64,000 nucleotides of DNA, from positions 82,500-146,499 of the IMG/VR virus record IMGVR_UViG_3300019124_000038. One strand, given 5' to 3'. The stretch's first letter is position 1. Each line of letters starts with the position of its first letter. The translations under genes and the position numbers were made by a program. Below, one piece after another: positions 37,361-46,712 of this stretch. The notes beneath the pieces were generated by a model. It was not told the origin of the DNA, ran no database searches, and saw only the letters and a program-made list of their open reading frames with translations. The DNA comes from a virus.

Positions 37361-38987
37361 TGATAAACCCCTCCTCGCGGAGCAAGTTAACCACACCAGT
37401 CTTGATACTATCGAGTGCTCTTCGAGCTTCTTCTTTGCGATGATGACGAGTACCAATGTAAAACTTCAACTTGGATTCTGTGCCTGACTTACGAACCGCC
37501 ATCCAGAAACGACGATGATCTGCTTCAAATCGCACTAGAGAAGCCGTGTCAATATGACGATTCAGCCCTGCAATGCGAGACATGTTGCGAAGCATGTCCA
37601 TCGCGATTGCAGACTCAATCTCCGTCATCTCGAAGGAGAGAAGTTCTGTGCATCGGTATCCGTACTGGAGGTAGAGATCATTGAGAACTTGGTAGAGCGA
37701 ACGAGCATCTTCTGCATTTGCCTTCCAGTAAGCCGCCGCATCAGCGATCAGGAGAGATGACTGAATGCCGTCCTTATCACGGATTAAATCCCGATAGAGG
37801 TATCCACAGCTTTCCTCGTAGCCGAAGAAGAACTCCCCTGTCCCATTAAACTTGCTCTCCCGAATCTGTTCCGCGATATACTTGAAGCCAGTCGGAACAG
37901 TTAAGGTAGCGAAGCCGTAGTTAGATGCGATATCGGCGGCAAGAGAGTCGGACACTAACGTCTTGACTACGTAACCTTCTCGCGGCAATTGTCTACGAGT
38001 ACGGATGAGGTAATCTACTAGAATTGCCGCCACTTCATTGCCAGTGAGGACTACAAACTGATCGTCGTCTTTGCGTACCGCAACTCCTACGCGGTCGCAG
38101 TCTGCGTCGGTCAAGATCACAAGATCGGCTTGCGTGTCAAAAGCCAACATCGTCGAGGTGATAAAATTATCCTTCAACTCGGGGCTAGGAGCGTCGCCAG
38201 AAATGCCAGAGAAGGTTGGGTCGATCTCGCACTCTACGAGTTCAACATCAAAGCCATAGTGTTCCAGCAGTTGCGGCACTACTGTTGCTCCTACGCCCTC
38301 CAACGCGCTGTACACAACTTTCACATTGCGACGATTGTCTTGAGACGTATCTGTCATGATAGCGTCGATTTTTTGACGGTAGAGTTCATCAAGACCTTCC
38401 ATGTCTCCAGCGGCGGGGAAGCCAATTTCAGGAATCGGGATGATCTGCCCGCGAAGAACATCGTACTCGTCTTGAATGAACCCTGCTATCTCCTCGGTGA
38501 TCTGCCCGCCATCCTGCCAATATACCTTGTAGCCGTTGTATTCAGCGGGACTATGGGAAGCCGTAATCATCACACCAGCAATCGCTCCTAGTTCGCGAAT
38601 TGCAAGTGATACATATGGTGTCGGGCGCATGTCATCGAAGAGCACGGGCTTGATTCTGTTCACATGCAGAACGTCAGCCACTACCTGAGCGAACTCCTTA
38701 GACGTGGTACGTCCATCGTATCCGATCACGACTAATCGGTTTTCAGCATCACACCGTTTGATGAAATTCGCCAGTGCTGTTGTAATCTTAGCTACCGTAT
38801 ACTTGTTCATGCGGTTTGTACCAGCACCGACCAGTCCTCGTATACCGCTCGTGCCAAAACGAAGATCGGAGCCAAAACGATCATTGACTTCTGCGGGATT
38901 GTCGATGATGCTTTCAATCTCAGCAATGGTCTCGCTGTCAAGTTCATCTGCACGACCAAGCCATTGCAAAGCACGTTGTCTGCTCAT
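37326..38987 (-). CDS. pgm: Phosphoglucomutase/phosphomannomutase
   Basis: FGTSGIRG, ITASHSP, DADCDR, TGFK, GYEES, RKSGTESKLK. Confidence 0.93.
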   Translation of the reverse strand: MSRQRALQWLGRADELDSETIAEIESIIDNPAEVNDRFGSDLRFGTSGIRGLVGAGTNRMNKYTVAKITTALANFIKRCDAENRLVVIGYDGRTTSKEFAQVVADVLHVNRIKPVLFDDMRPTPYVSLAIRELGAIAGVMITASHSPAEYNGYKVYWQDGGQITEEIAGFIQDEYDVLRGQIIPIPEIGFPAAGDMEGLDELYRQKIDAIMTDTSQDNRRNVKVVYSALEGVGATVVPQLLEHYGFDVELVECEIDPTFSGISGDAPSPELKDNFITSTMLAFDTQADLVILTDADCDRVGVAVRKDDDQFVVLTGNEVAAILVDYLIRTRRQLPREGYVVKTLVSDSLAADIASNYGFATLTVPTGFKYIAEQIRESKFNGTGEFFFGYEESCGYLYRDLIRDKDGIQSSLLIADAAAYWKANAEDARSLYQVLNDLYLQYGYRCTELLSFEMTEIESAIAMDMLRNMSRIAGLNRHIDTASLVRFEADHRRFWMAVRKSGTESKLKFYIGTRHHRKEEARRALDSIKTGVVNLLREEGFISESQHRATESV

Positions 38988-39155
38988 TTAAGTCACTCCT
39001 TTAAAATTTTTCAAGAATACCTTCGACCACCCCTGCAAGTCCAAAAACACCAAACAAAACTAGAATGGGGATGGAGCCAACATCGTTATACCAGAGTGCG
39101 GAAGCAGTACCTATAATGCCTACGAGAGTCATCAAACCACACGCAAAAATGCGAA

Positions 39156-39542
39156 TCATTTTTTCCCCTCCTTGATATCCCTCAACAGTTCGGTCAAATA
39201 TTCGACGCTTGCGTATTCAACGCCGTACTTGTAGAAGATTGGGTCTCCATATCTATGTCGAGACCAGCGTTGTACTCGGCACTTCGTTGGGTCAAGCTGA
39301 ACGCGGGGGATGTGAGGGTAGTCACGCATGATAGCTTCTGCTACCCGATCTCCCGCTTCGTCGGGGTCAGTCATGATGTAGAGCTTGTCCACTTCTGCAA
39401 GTGCCCCATCAATGATGCGACGGAGCTTCCCGCCGAATGGCGTACCGAACAGAACAAAGCATCTGATCGACTCGTCAATCGCGTGGATTCTGGCTCGGTC
39501 GCTGACTCCTTCAACGATCACGCCGATTGTCATTTTCTTCAC
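39156..39542 (-). CDS. Stand-alone Toprim protein (RNase M5-like)
   Basis: IVEGVSD, TDPDEAGD, GVEYAS. Confidence 0.8.
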   Translation of the reverse strand: MKKMTIGVIVEGVSDRARIHAIDESIRCFVLFGTPFGGKLRRIIDGALAEVDKLYIMTDPDEAGDRVAEAIMRDYPHIPRVQLDPTKCRVQRWSRHRYGDPIFYKYGVEYASVEYLTELLRDIKEGKK

Positions 39543-39890
39543 CTACTTTTCTTGGTTAACGATAGCTACGGCAATTACCATCGGTGTCTTTTGTTGGAAG
39601 GATGGAGTAGGGTCTGTGATGAAGTCCATCTTCAACCCCTCGTAGCCCATGCTTTTGTGAGCGGAGATCAACTCGTTAATTTCAGTAGTAGATACCCGTT
39701 CTGTATCTACCAAAATTCGTTTGTTTTGACCTTCGAGAGTGTACAGGAGGTAGCTTCCCTCATTTCGCACGTAGTCGGTTCCCGTGACGATTGCGCCATG
39801 AATTGCAGAGCTACGTGAGATATTCTGACCTCCACAGCCAGTGAGGAGTAAGGCTCCTACTAGCATGACAGAAATAATGGCTTTCTTCAC
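39543..39890 (-). CDS. Lipoprotein
   Basis: LLTGC lipobox. Confidence 0.75.
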   Translation of the reverse strand: MKKAIISVMLVGALLLTGCGGQNISRSSAIHGAIVTGTDYVRNEGSYLLYTLEGQNKRILVDTERVSTTEINELISAHKSMGYEGLKMDFITDPTPSFQQKTPMVIAVAIVNQEK

Positions 39891-40201
39891 TATTTTCCTC
39901 CTCCTTCAAGTGCATCGTTGTATACGTCGATTCGCCAGACTTCGTACTTGTCATGAGTGCCGCTTCTTTGCGTGTAATATTCGACCGTATACTTTTGTCC
40001 TACTTCAACCTGAGAAGCATGATAGGAGTTCCCCGTAACCATCTTCACTTCGTTACCCCTGCTATCCTTGAAGATCATCAGGCGACGGTTTCCTTCGCTG
40101 TCATTACGAAGGAAAGTTCCGTGAAATGTTGCTGTGCTATCTACCGCACAGCCCGTAAGGAGCATCGTGGCAATCAGAAAGCCAAGCAGAGTTTGCTTCA
40201 T
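39890..40201 (-). CDS. Lipoprotein
   Basis: LLTGC lipobox. Confidence 0.75.
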   Translation of the reverse strand: MKQTLLGFLIATMLLTGCAVDSTATFHGTFLRNDSEGNRRLMIFKDSRGNEVKMVTGNSYHASQVEVGQKYTVEYYTQRSGTHDKYEVWRIDVYNDALEGGGK

Positions 40202-40204
40202 TAA

Positions 40205-40588
40205 TTATCGCTCCTTTCGAGCTTGATCGCCTTTTCGAGCAGACTGAGCGAAAATGATAGTGCGTACTTCCCATGCTTCGGCAACAGCCGCAACAGCGTC
40301 AATCTCTCTCATATTAAGCGGGAAGTCAAGGACGAACATATCATACTTTTTGCTCATCATATCCCGTAGGATATTTTGAAGGTTGCACTCTACGTAGTAC
40401 ACTGTACCGAATAAAGACATATCAGCGTTGTTTCGATGGAAACTTGCCCCACCAGAAATTCCTTCAGTCGCAAGAAGAGCCTTCCCGCCTACCTTAGCTA
40501 CTGCTTCTGCTTCTTCCCGCGCCATCGTCGTTTTTCCTGTTTTTAAGTTGCGGGTAATCACCTTCGAATACTTTTTGTTCATTCCCAA
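40205..40588 (-). CDS. Hypothetical protein
   Basis: SD present; in operon. Confidence 0.6.
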   Translation of the reverse strand: MGMNKKYSKVITRNLKTGKTTMAREEAEAVAKVGGKALLATEGISGGASFHRNNADMSLFGTVYYVECNLQNILRDMMSKKYDMFVLDFPLNMREIDAVAAVAEAWEVRTIIFAQSARKGDQARKER

Positions 40589-40715
40589 TCTCTCCTCTTA
40601 TGTTTGTTCTCGTTAGCGTCGATTTTTTCACGCTTAGACTTGGTACGCTTCGGTAACGGAATCGGCGGCTTTCGTTCTTTTACGATCTGTCCAATGCGCT
40701 TACGTTTCTTTCGAG

Positions 40716-40988
40716 TCAACACAGCAACCCTCCAACTAGCTTCATCTCGTAGATATGGCAGTATCCGTCAATCGCTCTTGTCTGAGGATCAATGATCGCA
40801 ACAACATCACGCTTGCTCACAGTCAGTTGCCCCATGCCATACACGTAAATAGAGCTGAACTGAGAGTCACCGAATGGCCTATTCACATCCAGCAGTTCTT
40901 CAAAGTTATTAACAAGGTAGGACTTATTACCAACTCGGAAGACCACTTTCTTGATGCTCCACCAGTCGTCGCTTCTCATGGTTCGCAA
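40716..40988 (-). CDS. Hypothetical protein (possible member of GLG paralog family)
   Basis: IYVYGMGQLTV. Confidence 0.55.
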   Translation of the reverse strand: MRTMRSDDWWSIKKVVFRVGNKSYLVNNFEELLDVNRPFGDSQFSSIYVYGMGQLTVSKRDVVAIIDPQTRAIDGYCHIYEMKLVGGLLC

Positions 40989-40993
40989 TCTCC

Positions 40994-41037
40994 TTGTCTT
41001 ATATCTGTATTATAGCACGTATGAGTCTAGCAGACAA
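40994..41037 (-). promoter_or_regulatory. sigmaA promoter
   Basis: TTGTCT-17-TATAAT then N5-TATAAGACAA. Confidence 0.7.
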
Positions 41038-41066
41038 GCATTTTTGCCTATCTGCTAGAGTCGTTT

Positions 41067-42005
41067 TTATACGGTTGCGGCTACAGCACGAGACTCGTTC
41101 AGCCTATCGTACATGTTGGCGATAGCATCCTCTCCGATCAGCGGCGGAGTAAAGCCAAGGCCAATTGTCTGACAAAAACGGTCAGCCGCTTGCTCAGGGG
41201 TTGTCGCACGATACATGCGACGGATTGCACTGTTGATATCGCCAATATCTGTGTTCTTAACATACTCAACGATCTTGTACGCCATCAGCGCAAAGGTTTG
41301 AATTTGTTCAAGATTTTCGACACAGTTGAACAGTCTGAACTCAACAGTCGGATAGCTCGAACCAAATACGTTCATCCAATGGTATTTCGAGTTGTTGGCT
41401 CGTGGAAATCCGTTCTGCCCGAACCAATAAGGGAGGTCGTTATAGGGATCATTGTTCGCTTGCTCCCAATCGACGGTTGAGAATCGGCTGGAGCGATGGA
41501 AAACGCGCCGCCATGCTTCATCGAGACTACGACAGTAGCTGTTGCCAAGGCGATAGTTGCGAACGAACATGAAGATGATTCGCTCAATGCCCTTCCCGAA
41601 ACGCAAGAGCTTTGCCTTCTCTTCCATCGTGAAGTCGCTGATATCTACATGTACGTGAGTACCAGCTTCTTCGCCCGTATGCCAGCCAACTTCCTGCATC
41701 TTACTCCAGATTCCCACCAGATCATTAAGATCGCGAATCGGCTCACAAAGAGTCAGCTCTACGCCAAAGCTCGAACTACGCTCACGCCAAGTACAATCGC
41801 AGGAGTATTCGTCACAGGAGTAACAGAAGCCGTCATCATCATCGTCATCACTATCGTCTGCCCAATCACCGTTACGCAGAGAGCCATCATAGTCATTGTA
41901 GACGTTGGGGATAGAGAAATTTTTCGGGTTTGTTTCAGTATAGCCTTCCATTTCGATGCCGATTTGTCGATTAAGGTTAGAGATCGTTTCTACGGCTAAT
42001 GGCAC
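41067..42005 (-). CDS. Amidoligase (glutamine-synthetase-like COOH-NH2 ligase)
   Basis: IGIEMEG, DGSL, GVEL, GTHVHV, KY..N, TVEFRLF. Confidence 0.85.
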   Translation of the reverse strand: MPLAVETISNLNRQIGIEMEGYTETNPKNFSIPNVYNDYDGSLRNGDWADDSDDDDDDGFCYSCDEYSCDCTWRERSSSFGVELTLCEPIRDLNDLVGIWSKMQEVGWHTGEEAGTHVHVDISDFTMEEKAKLLRFGKGIERIIFMFVRNYRLGNSYCRSLDEAWRRVFHRSSRFSTVDWEQANNDPYNDLPYWFGQNGFPRANNSKYHWMNVFGSSYPTVEFRLFNCVENLEQIQTFALMAYKIVEYVKNTDIGDINSAIRRMYRATTPEQAADRFCQTIGLGFTPPLIGEDAIANMYDRLNESRAVAATV

Positions 42006-42021
42006 TTGTGATTCCTCCTTG

Positions 42022-42065
42022 TTATCTTATGTTTATATTATAGAAGATTGGTAGAAAAGAGTCAA
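42022..42065 (-). promoter_or_regulatory. sigmaA promoter
   Basis: TTGACT-17-TATAAT then N5-CATAAGATAA. Confidence 0.85.
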
Positions 42066-42078
42066 GGAAAGATCGCCG

Positions 42079-42303
42079 CTAAATTTCCTCCCACGGTAGT
42101 AGCTCAGTCCCTTCCAAAAGAAGGACATTCGATTTCGGTAGTGCTGTTACATGCAGGATACGGATAAACCAGCCACTAAGATTTAATATTGCGCCCTCGG
42201 ATAGCATGTCCATAACTTGTTCAGCATCATTTGTAAATTCGAACCGTTGGTAGTTCATCAATCCGTCATGGTAGACGTAAAGAACTGCCCTATCTAGTTT
42301 CAT
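42079..42303 (-). CDS. Hypothetical protein
   Basis: SD AAGGAG. Confidence 0.6.
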   Translation of the reverse strand: MKLDRAVLYVYHDGLMNYQRFEFTNDAEQVMDMLSEGAILNLSGWFIRILHVTALPKSNVLLLEGTELLPWEEI

Positions 42304-42370
42304 TGTGAATTCTCCTTATAGTCAGATATTTGACGATAAAAAAGAGGGAGGGGAGTATTACACCCCGTCC

Positions 42371-43213
42371 CTACATGTTTTCACGGATTTGCTGGTTGAA
42401 CGCCGCGATTGCTTCTTCAATATACTTGGTTTGGCTGTAGCCCATCAGCTCTGCATATGCCATCATTTCGTCTTTGACCGACTTCGAGATCGCCGTGTTG
42501 ATCTGTGCTTTTTCGACAGCAGACGTTTGTTCCTCTGATTCTACGGGAAGCGGCTCACCGATTTCAAAGAGCGTGTCGTTCAGTTGCTTGACTTCGCCCT
42601 CACGCTTGATGAGCAACATGCGCCATTTCGGAGAGGATAGTGCGCCAAGCACGTCTTCCACGTCAGATTTTCGAATGACGATATGCGGTGCGGTGATGAC
42701 GTAGTATTCGCCGTTAGTCTCTAGCGTTGCATTCGGCGTTGCGTTCTTAATACGATCAGCCAACGAGCGCATCTGGCGGCCATCAGCGAAAGTCTTTTTC
42801 AGCGAAAGGGCTACGTGGTTAGTGGGCATGATCGTTACTCCTTCGATGGGAGATTGGGGAATATCGGTCGAATGTTGCTGTCCAGTCTGCGTATTGGCTG
42901 GCAGTTGTTCGGTTGCGGCAGACGCGTCTGCTAGCGGTGTCGTGGTTTCAGTATTGGCGGAAGCGGATGATTCGTTGTTTTGCTCTTCGGTAGCGGTTGC
43001 CGCCGCTTCTTGCAGACCTTGAATGTGCTGTTCTTGGAAGGTGTCGTCGTTACCGATTGCCTGAGCTACGTGAGCAAGAGTTTGAGTTTGCACTTGTTGA
43101 GTTTGGGATTGTTCTTGGTTCATGTTGTTGACCTCCACGTTGTTGTTGGTGTTGCGACGGTTGCTACCACCACGGCGGTTGTTACGAGCTTCTTGTTGTT
43201 CTTGACGCGGCAT
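42371..43213 (-). CDS. Protein with low-complexity N-terminus and C-terminal ribbon-helix-helix-like motif
   Basis: Q/N/T-rich N-terminus; INTAISKSVKDEMMAYAELMGYSQTKYIEEAI. Confidence 0.65.
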   Translation of the reverse strand: MPRQEQQEARNNRRGGSNRRNTNNNVEVNNMNQEQSQTQQVQTQTLAHVAQAIGNDDTFQEQHIQGLQEAAATATEEQNNESSASANTETTTPLADASAATEQLPANTQTGQQHSTDIPQSPIEGVTIMPTNHVALSLKKTFADGRQMRSLADRIKNATPNATLETNGEYYVITAPHIVIRKSDVEDVLGALSSPKWRMLLIKREGEVKQLNDTLFEIGEPLPVESEEQTSAVEKAQINTAISKSVKDEMMAYAELMGYSQTKYIEEAIAAFNQQIRENM

Positions 43214-43315
43214 TATTCATGCACCCCTTAGTTGAGTTTTTGTTGTTCCCTCTCTTCTTGGTTATAGTATAGTCGATCTCTACCCGTTTGATACCTACAT
43301 GTTGAATATTTTTTT

Positions 43316-43558
43316 CTACAGTACGGTGAGCGATACTCTACGGTGGAGACCATTCGCGTCAACGTAGTAGAAGTAGTTCTTATCCCACCAAGCTGTGCTC
43401 GCTGGAGGATACTCCCACCATTCTGTCTTGAACCAAAGAAATCCAGAGATGCGGCGAAACTTCCGTGGCTCGATCTCTTCTCCCAACAGATCGCGCACTT
43501 CAATGCCGTCATATAGGCATAGATATGAGCCATCAATCCATACGCGAACTCCTTCCAT
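43316..43558 (-). CDS. Hypothetical protein
   Basis: ORF coupled to upstream gene. Confidence 0.5.
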   Translation of the reverse strand: MEGVRVWIDGSYLCLYDGIEVRDLLGEEIEPRKFRRISGFLWFKTEWWEYPPASTAWWDKNYFYYVDANGLHRRVSLTVL

Positions 43559-44186
43559 GCTCTTCACCCTTTCGCATTCCTTCATTATATGCGTCGCGAT
43601 TGCCATTGACATACATCTTGGGTACAGCGTAGCTCAGATTCATTTTTGCAATCTCAGCAGTAACGAGAGGATGTAAGCCAATCGCCAATGCCCAATCATT
43701 CTGCTGGACTTGCTCTTGGTATTTCCGCGCCAACTCTTCAATAAAACCGTCGCGCCAATCATTCTTAATGCGTTCCATTGGACGGCGGGAAAGCGGGTCA
43801 AGTGATTCGAAGTACAAACGTAGCTCCCGTTCCATTGTAGCACATGTTTGGCGGAATACCTCAACAGCAAGTTCTACATCATTCTGTAGTCCAAGGAAAA
43901 TCAGACGGCTTCTTCCTGCCATAGTGACCGTATAGGCAAAACAACGGAAGTTTGTGGAGATGACTTTTGCCAAAGGTCGCACCCACGAAGGCATACGCCC
44001 ACTTCTGAACACTTCTATCTTTACAACCGACTCGGGCTTTTGCTCTAAGTCTTCTGCATTGATCGAATATTCGACCATAAGGCTTTGAGCTTTTAGAAGG
44101 GCGGCTTTGCTTTCATAAGAGTTACCGTTCCCATTAGCCAAGGCAAACAGGAGACGTACTTTTTCTATAACCTTCTGCTTGTCCAC
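43533..44186 (-). CDS. DUF2786-like protein
   Basis: KVIEKVRLLFALA...E..AALLKAQSLM.EY N-terminal motif. Confidence 0.75.
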   Translation of the reverse strand: MDKQKVIEKVRLLFALANGNGNSYESKAALLKAQSLMVEYSINAEDLEQKPESVVKIEVFRSGRMPSWVRPLAKVISTNFRCFAYTVTMAGRSRLIFLGLQNDVELAVEVFRQTCATMERELRLYFESLDPLSRRPMERIKNDWRDGFIEELARKYQEQVQQNDWALAIGLHPLVTAEIAKMNLSYAVPKMYVNGNRDAYNEGMRKGEEHGRSSRMD

Positions 44187-44404
44187 TCTCTCTCCTCCAT
44201 ACAGAGTCTTATCAGTTCATTTTAAGCAAACCATCAATTGCCCAAACAATGAGGGTAGACATCAAAACAACTGAGCATAGCATCAAAAGACAACCAAGAG
44301 ATCGCCATTTGTTAATGCGACGCATGTATAGCTCTCCTCCTTTCTGGATATAAGATACTTACATTATACCCACAAGGGAAGGGAGCTATCCTCCCCCCTA
44401 TCTG

Positions 44405-44839
44405 TTAGTCATTGAAGTAGCGAAACTCAGGAATGTTGATTCCAAGCACTCCAATCGCAAGCGTCTCACGAAGCGGAATATATCCTTTGAGAGCGTTCAC
44501 GTCACCATCAGCGATTGCGGCTTGGTATGCATCCATCTCGGCTTTGCTCGGCTTATCGAGACCAGCGACTTGCTTGAGAAGCAGAACAGCTTTCTTCTCG
44601 GTATCGGTCATTGCTCGAACTTCGAGAGCGGAGATAGTGGCTTCATCAGCCTTATCAGGGCTTTCTCCCTCACGATAGTCTTCATCAATTTCATTGAAAG
44701 CCGTTGCGAGTTCTTGCCGAAACTGCTCAGAGCTGAAACCGAGAGATCGAGCGTGTGCGTTCGGGTCGGGAGACTCACAGCCCACCATCACCGTTGCCGC
44801 CACGATTGCCGCTACTGTCAGACCGATTGCTTTTTTCAT
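44405..44839 (-). CDS. Lipoprotein
   Basis: MVGC lipobox; own promoter (TTGCTA-17-TATAAT at 44902-44874). Confidence 0.75.
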   Translation of the reverse strand: MKKAIGLTVAAIVAATVMVGCESPDPNAHARSLGFSSEQFRQELATAFNEIDEDYREGESPDKADEATISALEVRAMTDTEKKAVLLLKQVAGLDKPSKAEMDAYQAAIADGDVNALKGYIPLRETLAIGVLGINIPEFRYFND

Positions 44840-44905
44840 TGTTTGTTTCCCCCTTGGGTTATGTTATGGTTATATTATAACACTACTTACACAACTTAGC
44901 AACTA

Positions 44906-45363
44906 TTATTTTTCCCTGACCCTGAAAGTATTTGTTCCATGAAAGACAGGTCGGTAATGCCCCTCGTCATAGCAGTCTTGTGGCTTAACCCATTCTTCTT
45001 GGGCATCCAGCTTGACCTTTTCGCCATCTACCAACTCATAGCCCTTAGATGCAATATCGGCAAGGATGAGTTGCATGATTTCTTCTGTAGTATAGTTTGC
45101 TTCGATGACGCGCTTGAACGCCATTCTGCTTCCCTCCGCTCTACTTTGCGTTAAATGTGATCTTACAGTTTCCTAACACGAATGGTAGACGGTGAACGCT
45201 CCAATAACTTCACGTCGATTCCGTCTACCTCTGTTACTTGAAAGGTTCGGGCACTCCCGTCTGTTTGCTCTGATGAGATAAAGTTTCCCCGCATCAATTT
45301 CAGCGGGGATTGAATCATCCCAATCAGATCAGTACGGTAGGTGTAATGGCGCGTTTGCCCCAT
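44906..45363 (-). other. Two short hypothetical CDSs (44906-45124, 45163-45363)
   Basis: SD-preceded short ORFs. Confidence 0.55.
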
Positions 45364-46046
45364 TAGTGTGCTACCTCCTTAGAGTCTTCCTTTCGACCAT
45401 TAGCTACTTCCACCAGAGCACGGAGGGCATGGAGCAGAGCTTCCATGTGGTAGCGCATGGTGTAGATGTGATCGTCATACTCAGGGTACATTCGAACAGC
45501 ATTGTGAGCCAACGGGATGACGTAATCTTCCGTCTCTTTGATGTAGCGTTCGATACGGCTGACCTTATCTACTCCTACCATCGTGGAGAGATTATGGCAT
45601 CGGTCTGCCAGCTTGGTCAGCACGGTCGCAATGCCGCCCAAGAGGATAGCCTTGTAGTATTCATCGTAGAGAACAATACCGTCAGTGCGCGTGTAGTTGT
45701 TCTTGTTCAGCACTTGGAGGTTTGCGACAACCTTCTCTGAGATGCCGTACTCCTCGATCAGCACCGCGTTCGGTACGTTGTGATCTTCGGGGGTATCGTG
45801 TCCCATGCCTGTTGCCAGAATCTCTTCGCAGAGTGGGTCATGTTCCAGCCCAAGAGAAAGAAGAGCATTGGTTACTCGCGTCAAGTGAGAGATGTAAGGC
45901 AAGCCACCGCGCCGACGCTGATCTTTGTGAACTACCTCGGCACAGTGAATCATGTTGGTCAGAACAGTAAAGCCCTTGCCTTTCGCAAAACCTTTCAGGA
46001 ACACAATTTCCTCTTTCCAGTTCTCAGCAGTTTTCATGATCGGCAT
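45363..46046 (-). CDS. SpoT/Mesh1-like HD-domain (p)ppGpp hydrolase
   Basis: HKDQRRRGGLPYISH, GHDTPED, KLADRCHNL. Confidence 0.85.
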   Translation of the reverse strand: MPIMKTAENWKEEIVFLKGFAKGKGFTVLTNMIHCAEVVHKDQRRRGGLPYISHLTRVTNALLSLGLEHDPLCEEILATGMGHDTPEDHNVPNAVLIEEYGISEKVVANLQVLNKNNYTRTDGIVLYDEYYKAILLGGIATVLTKLADRCHNLSTMVGVDKVSRIERYIKETEDYVIPLAHNAVRMYPEYDDHIYTMRYHMEALLHALRALVEVANGRKEDSKEVAH

Positions 46047-46305
46047 AATGTTTCCCTCTTTTCGGTAGATGTATAGAAGACTTGCACTTACATGGCTTGC
46101 CGCCACATGCACCACAGCCGCCATTTGCGCGTCGCCGCCGAACTTTTTCACTGAATTTATCCGAAACACTCATGGAATCACAGTTGAAAGAAAAGCATGT
46201 GCACATGTCAAGTGAACGCCGTCCGTTTAACTTAATGCCTCGTGGTTTTCTGCCACGCTTTGGTTTTGGGATGCCCTTACGTTTGACTTTTGGCTTATTA
46301 CTCAC
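46024..46305 (-). CDS. Basic Cys-rich hypothetical protein
   Basis: Between mazG and HD gene. Confidence 0.45.
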   Translation of the reverse strand: MSNKPKVKRKGIPKPKRGRKPRGIKLNGRRSLDMCTCFSFNCDSMSVSDKFSEKVRRRRANGGCGACGGKPCKCKSSIHLPKRGKHYADHENC

Positions 46306-46626
46306 TTACATAAGCCCTCGTTCTTTCATTTTGTCAAGATGAAGACCAATGCCGTCTGTCAGGTCAATGCTGTGAAGATTCGCAATCTTACAAATAACAA
46401 AGAGGGTATCCACCAATTCCTCTTTGATCTTTGCAATTTTCTCTTCCTCGGTGTAATTCTCATTGTGCCCATCGCGATGGTGAGTGAGACGCTTAACTGC
46501 CCGCGAAACCTCCCCTACTTCCTCTGCCAGCATTGCTACAGCATCAGAGCCAGTTTGATCGTTCCACCCATTAAGACGCTCTACTGTAGCCGTATAGTCT
46601 TGCCATTGCTTGATCGTATCGTTCAT
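46306..46626 (-). CDS. mazG: MazG-like nucleotide pyrophosphohydrolase
   Basis: LAEEVGEV..KEELVD..IAN..IDL. Confidence 0.85.
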   Translation of the reverse strand: MNDTIKQWQDYTATVERLNGWNDQTGSDAVAMLAEEVGEVSRAVKRLTHHRDGHNENYTEEEKIAKIKEELVDTLFVICKIANLHSIDLTDGIGLHLDKMKERGLM

Positions 46627-46712
46627 AGGTCATTCCTCCATATCTAGTCGAAAGCTCATCAAGACAGTAATGAAGAGTACGGCGGCACAGAACACCAGCC
46701 GCGTAGATTCTG

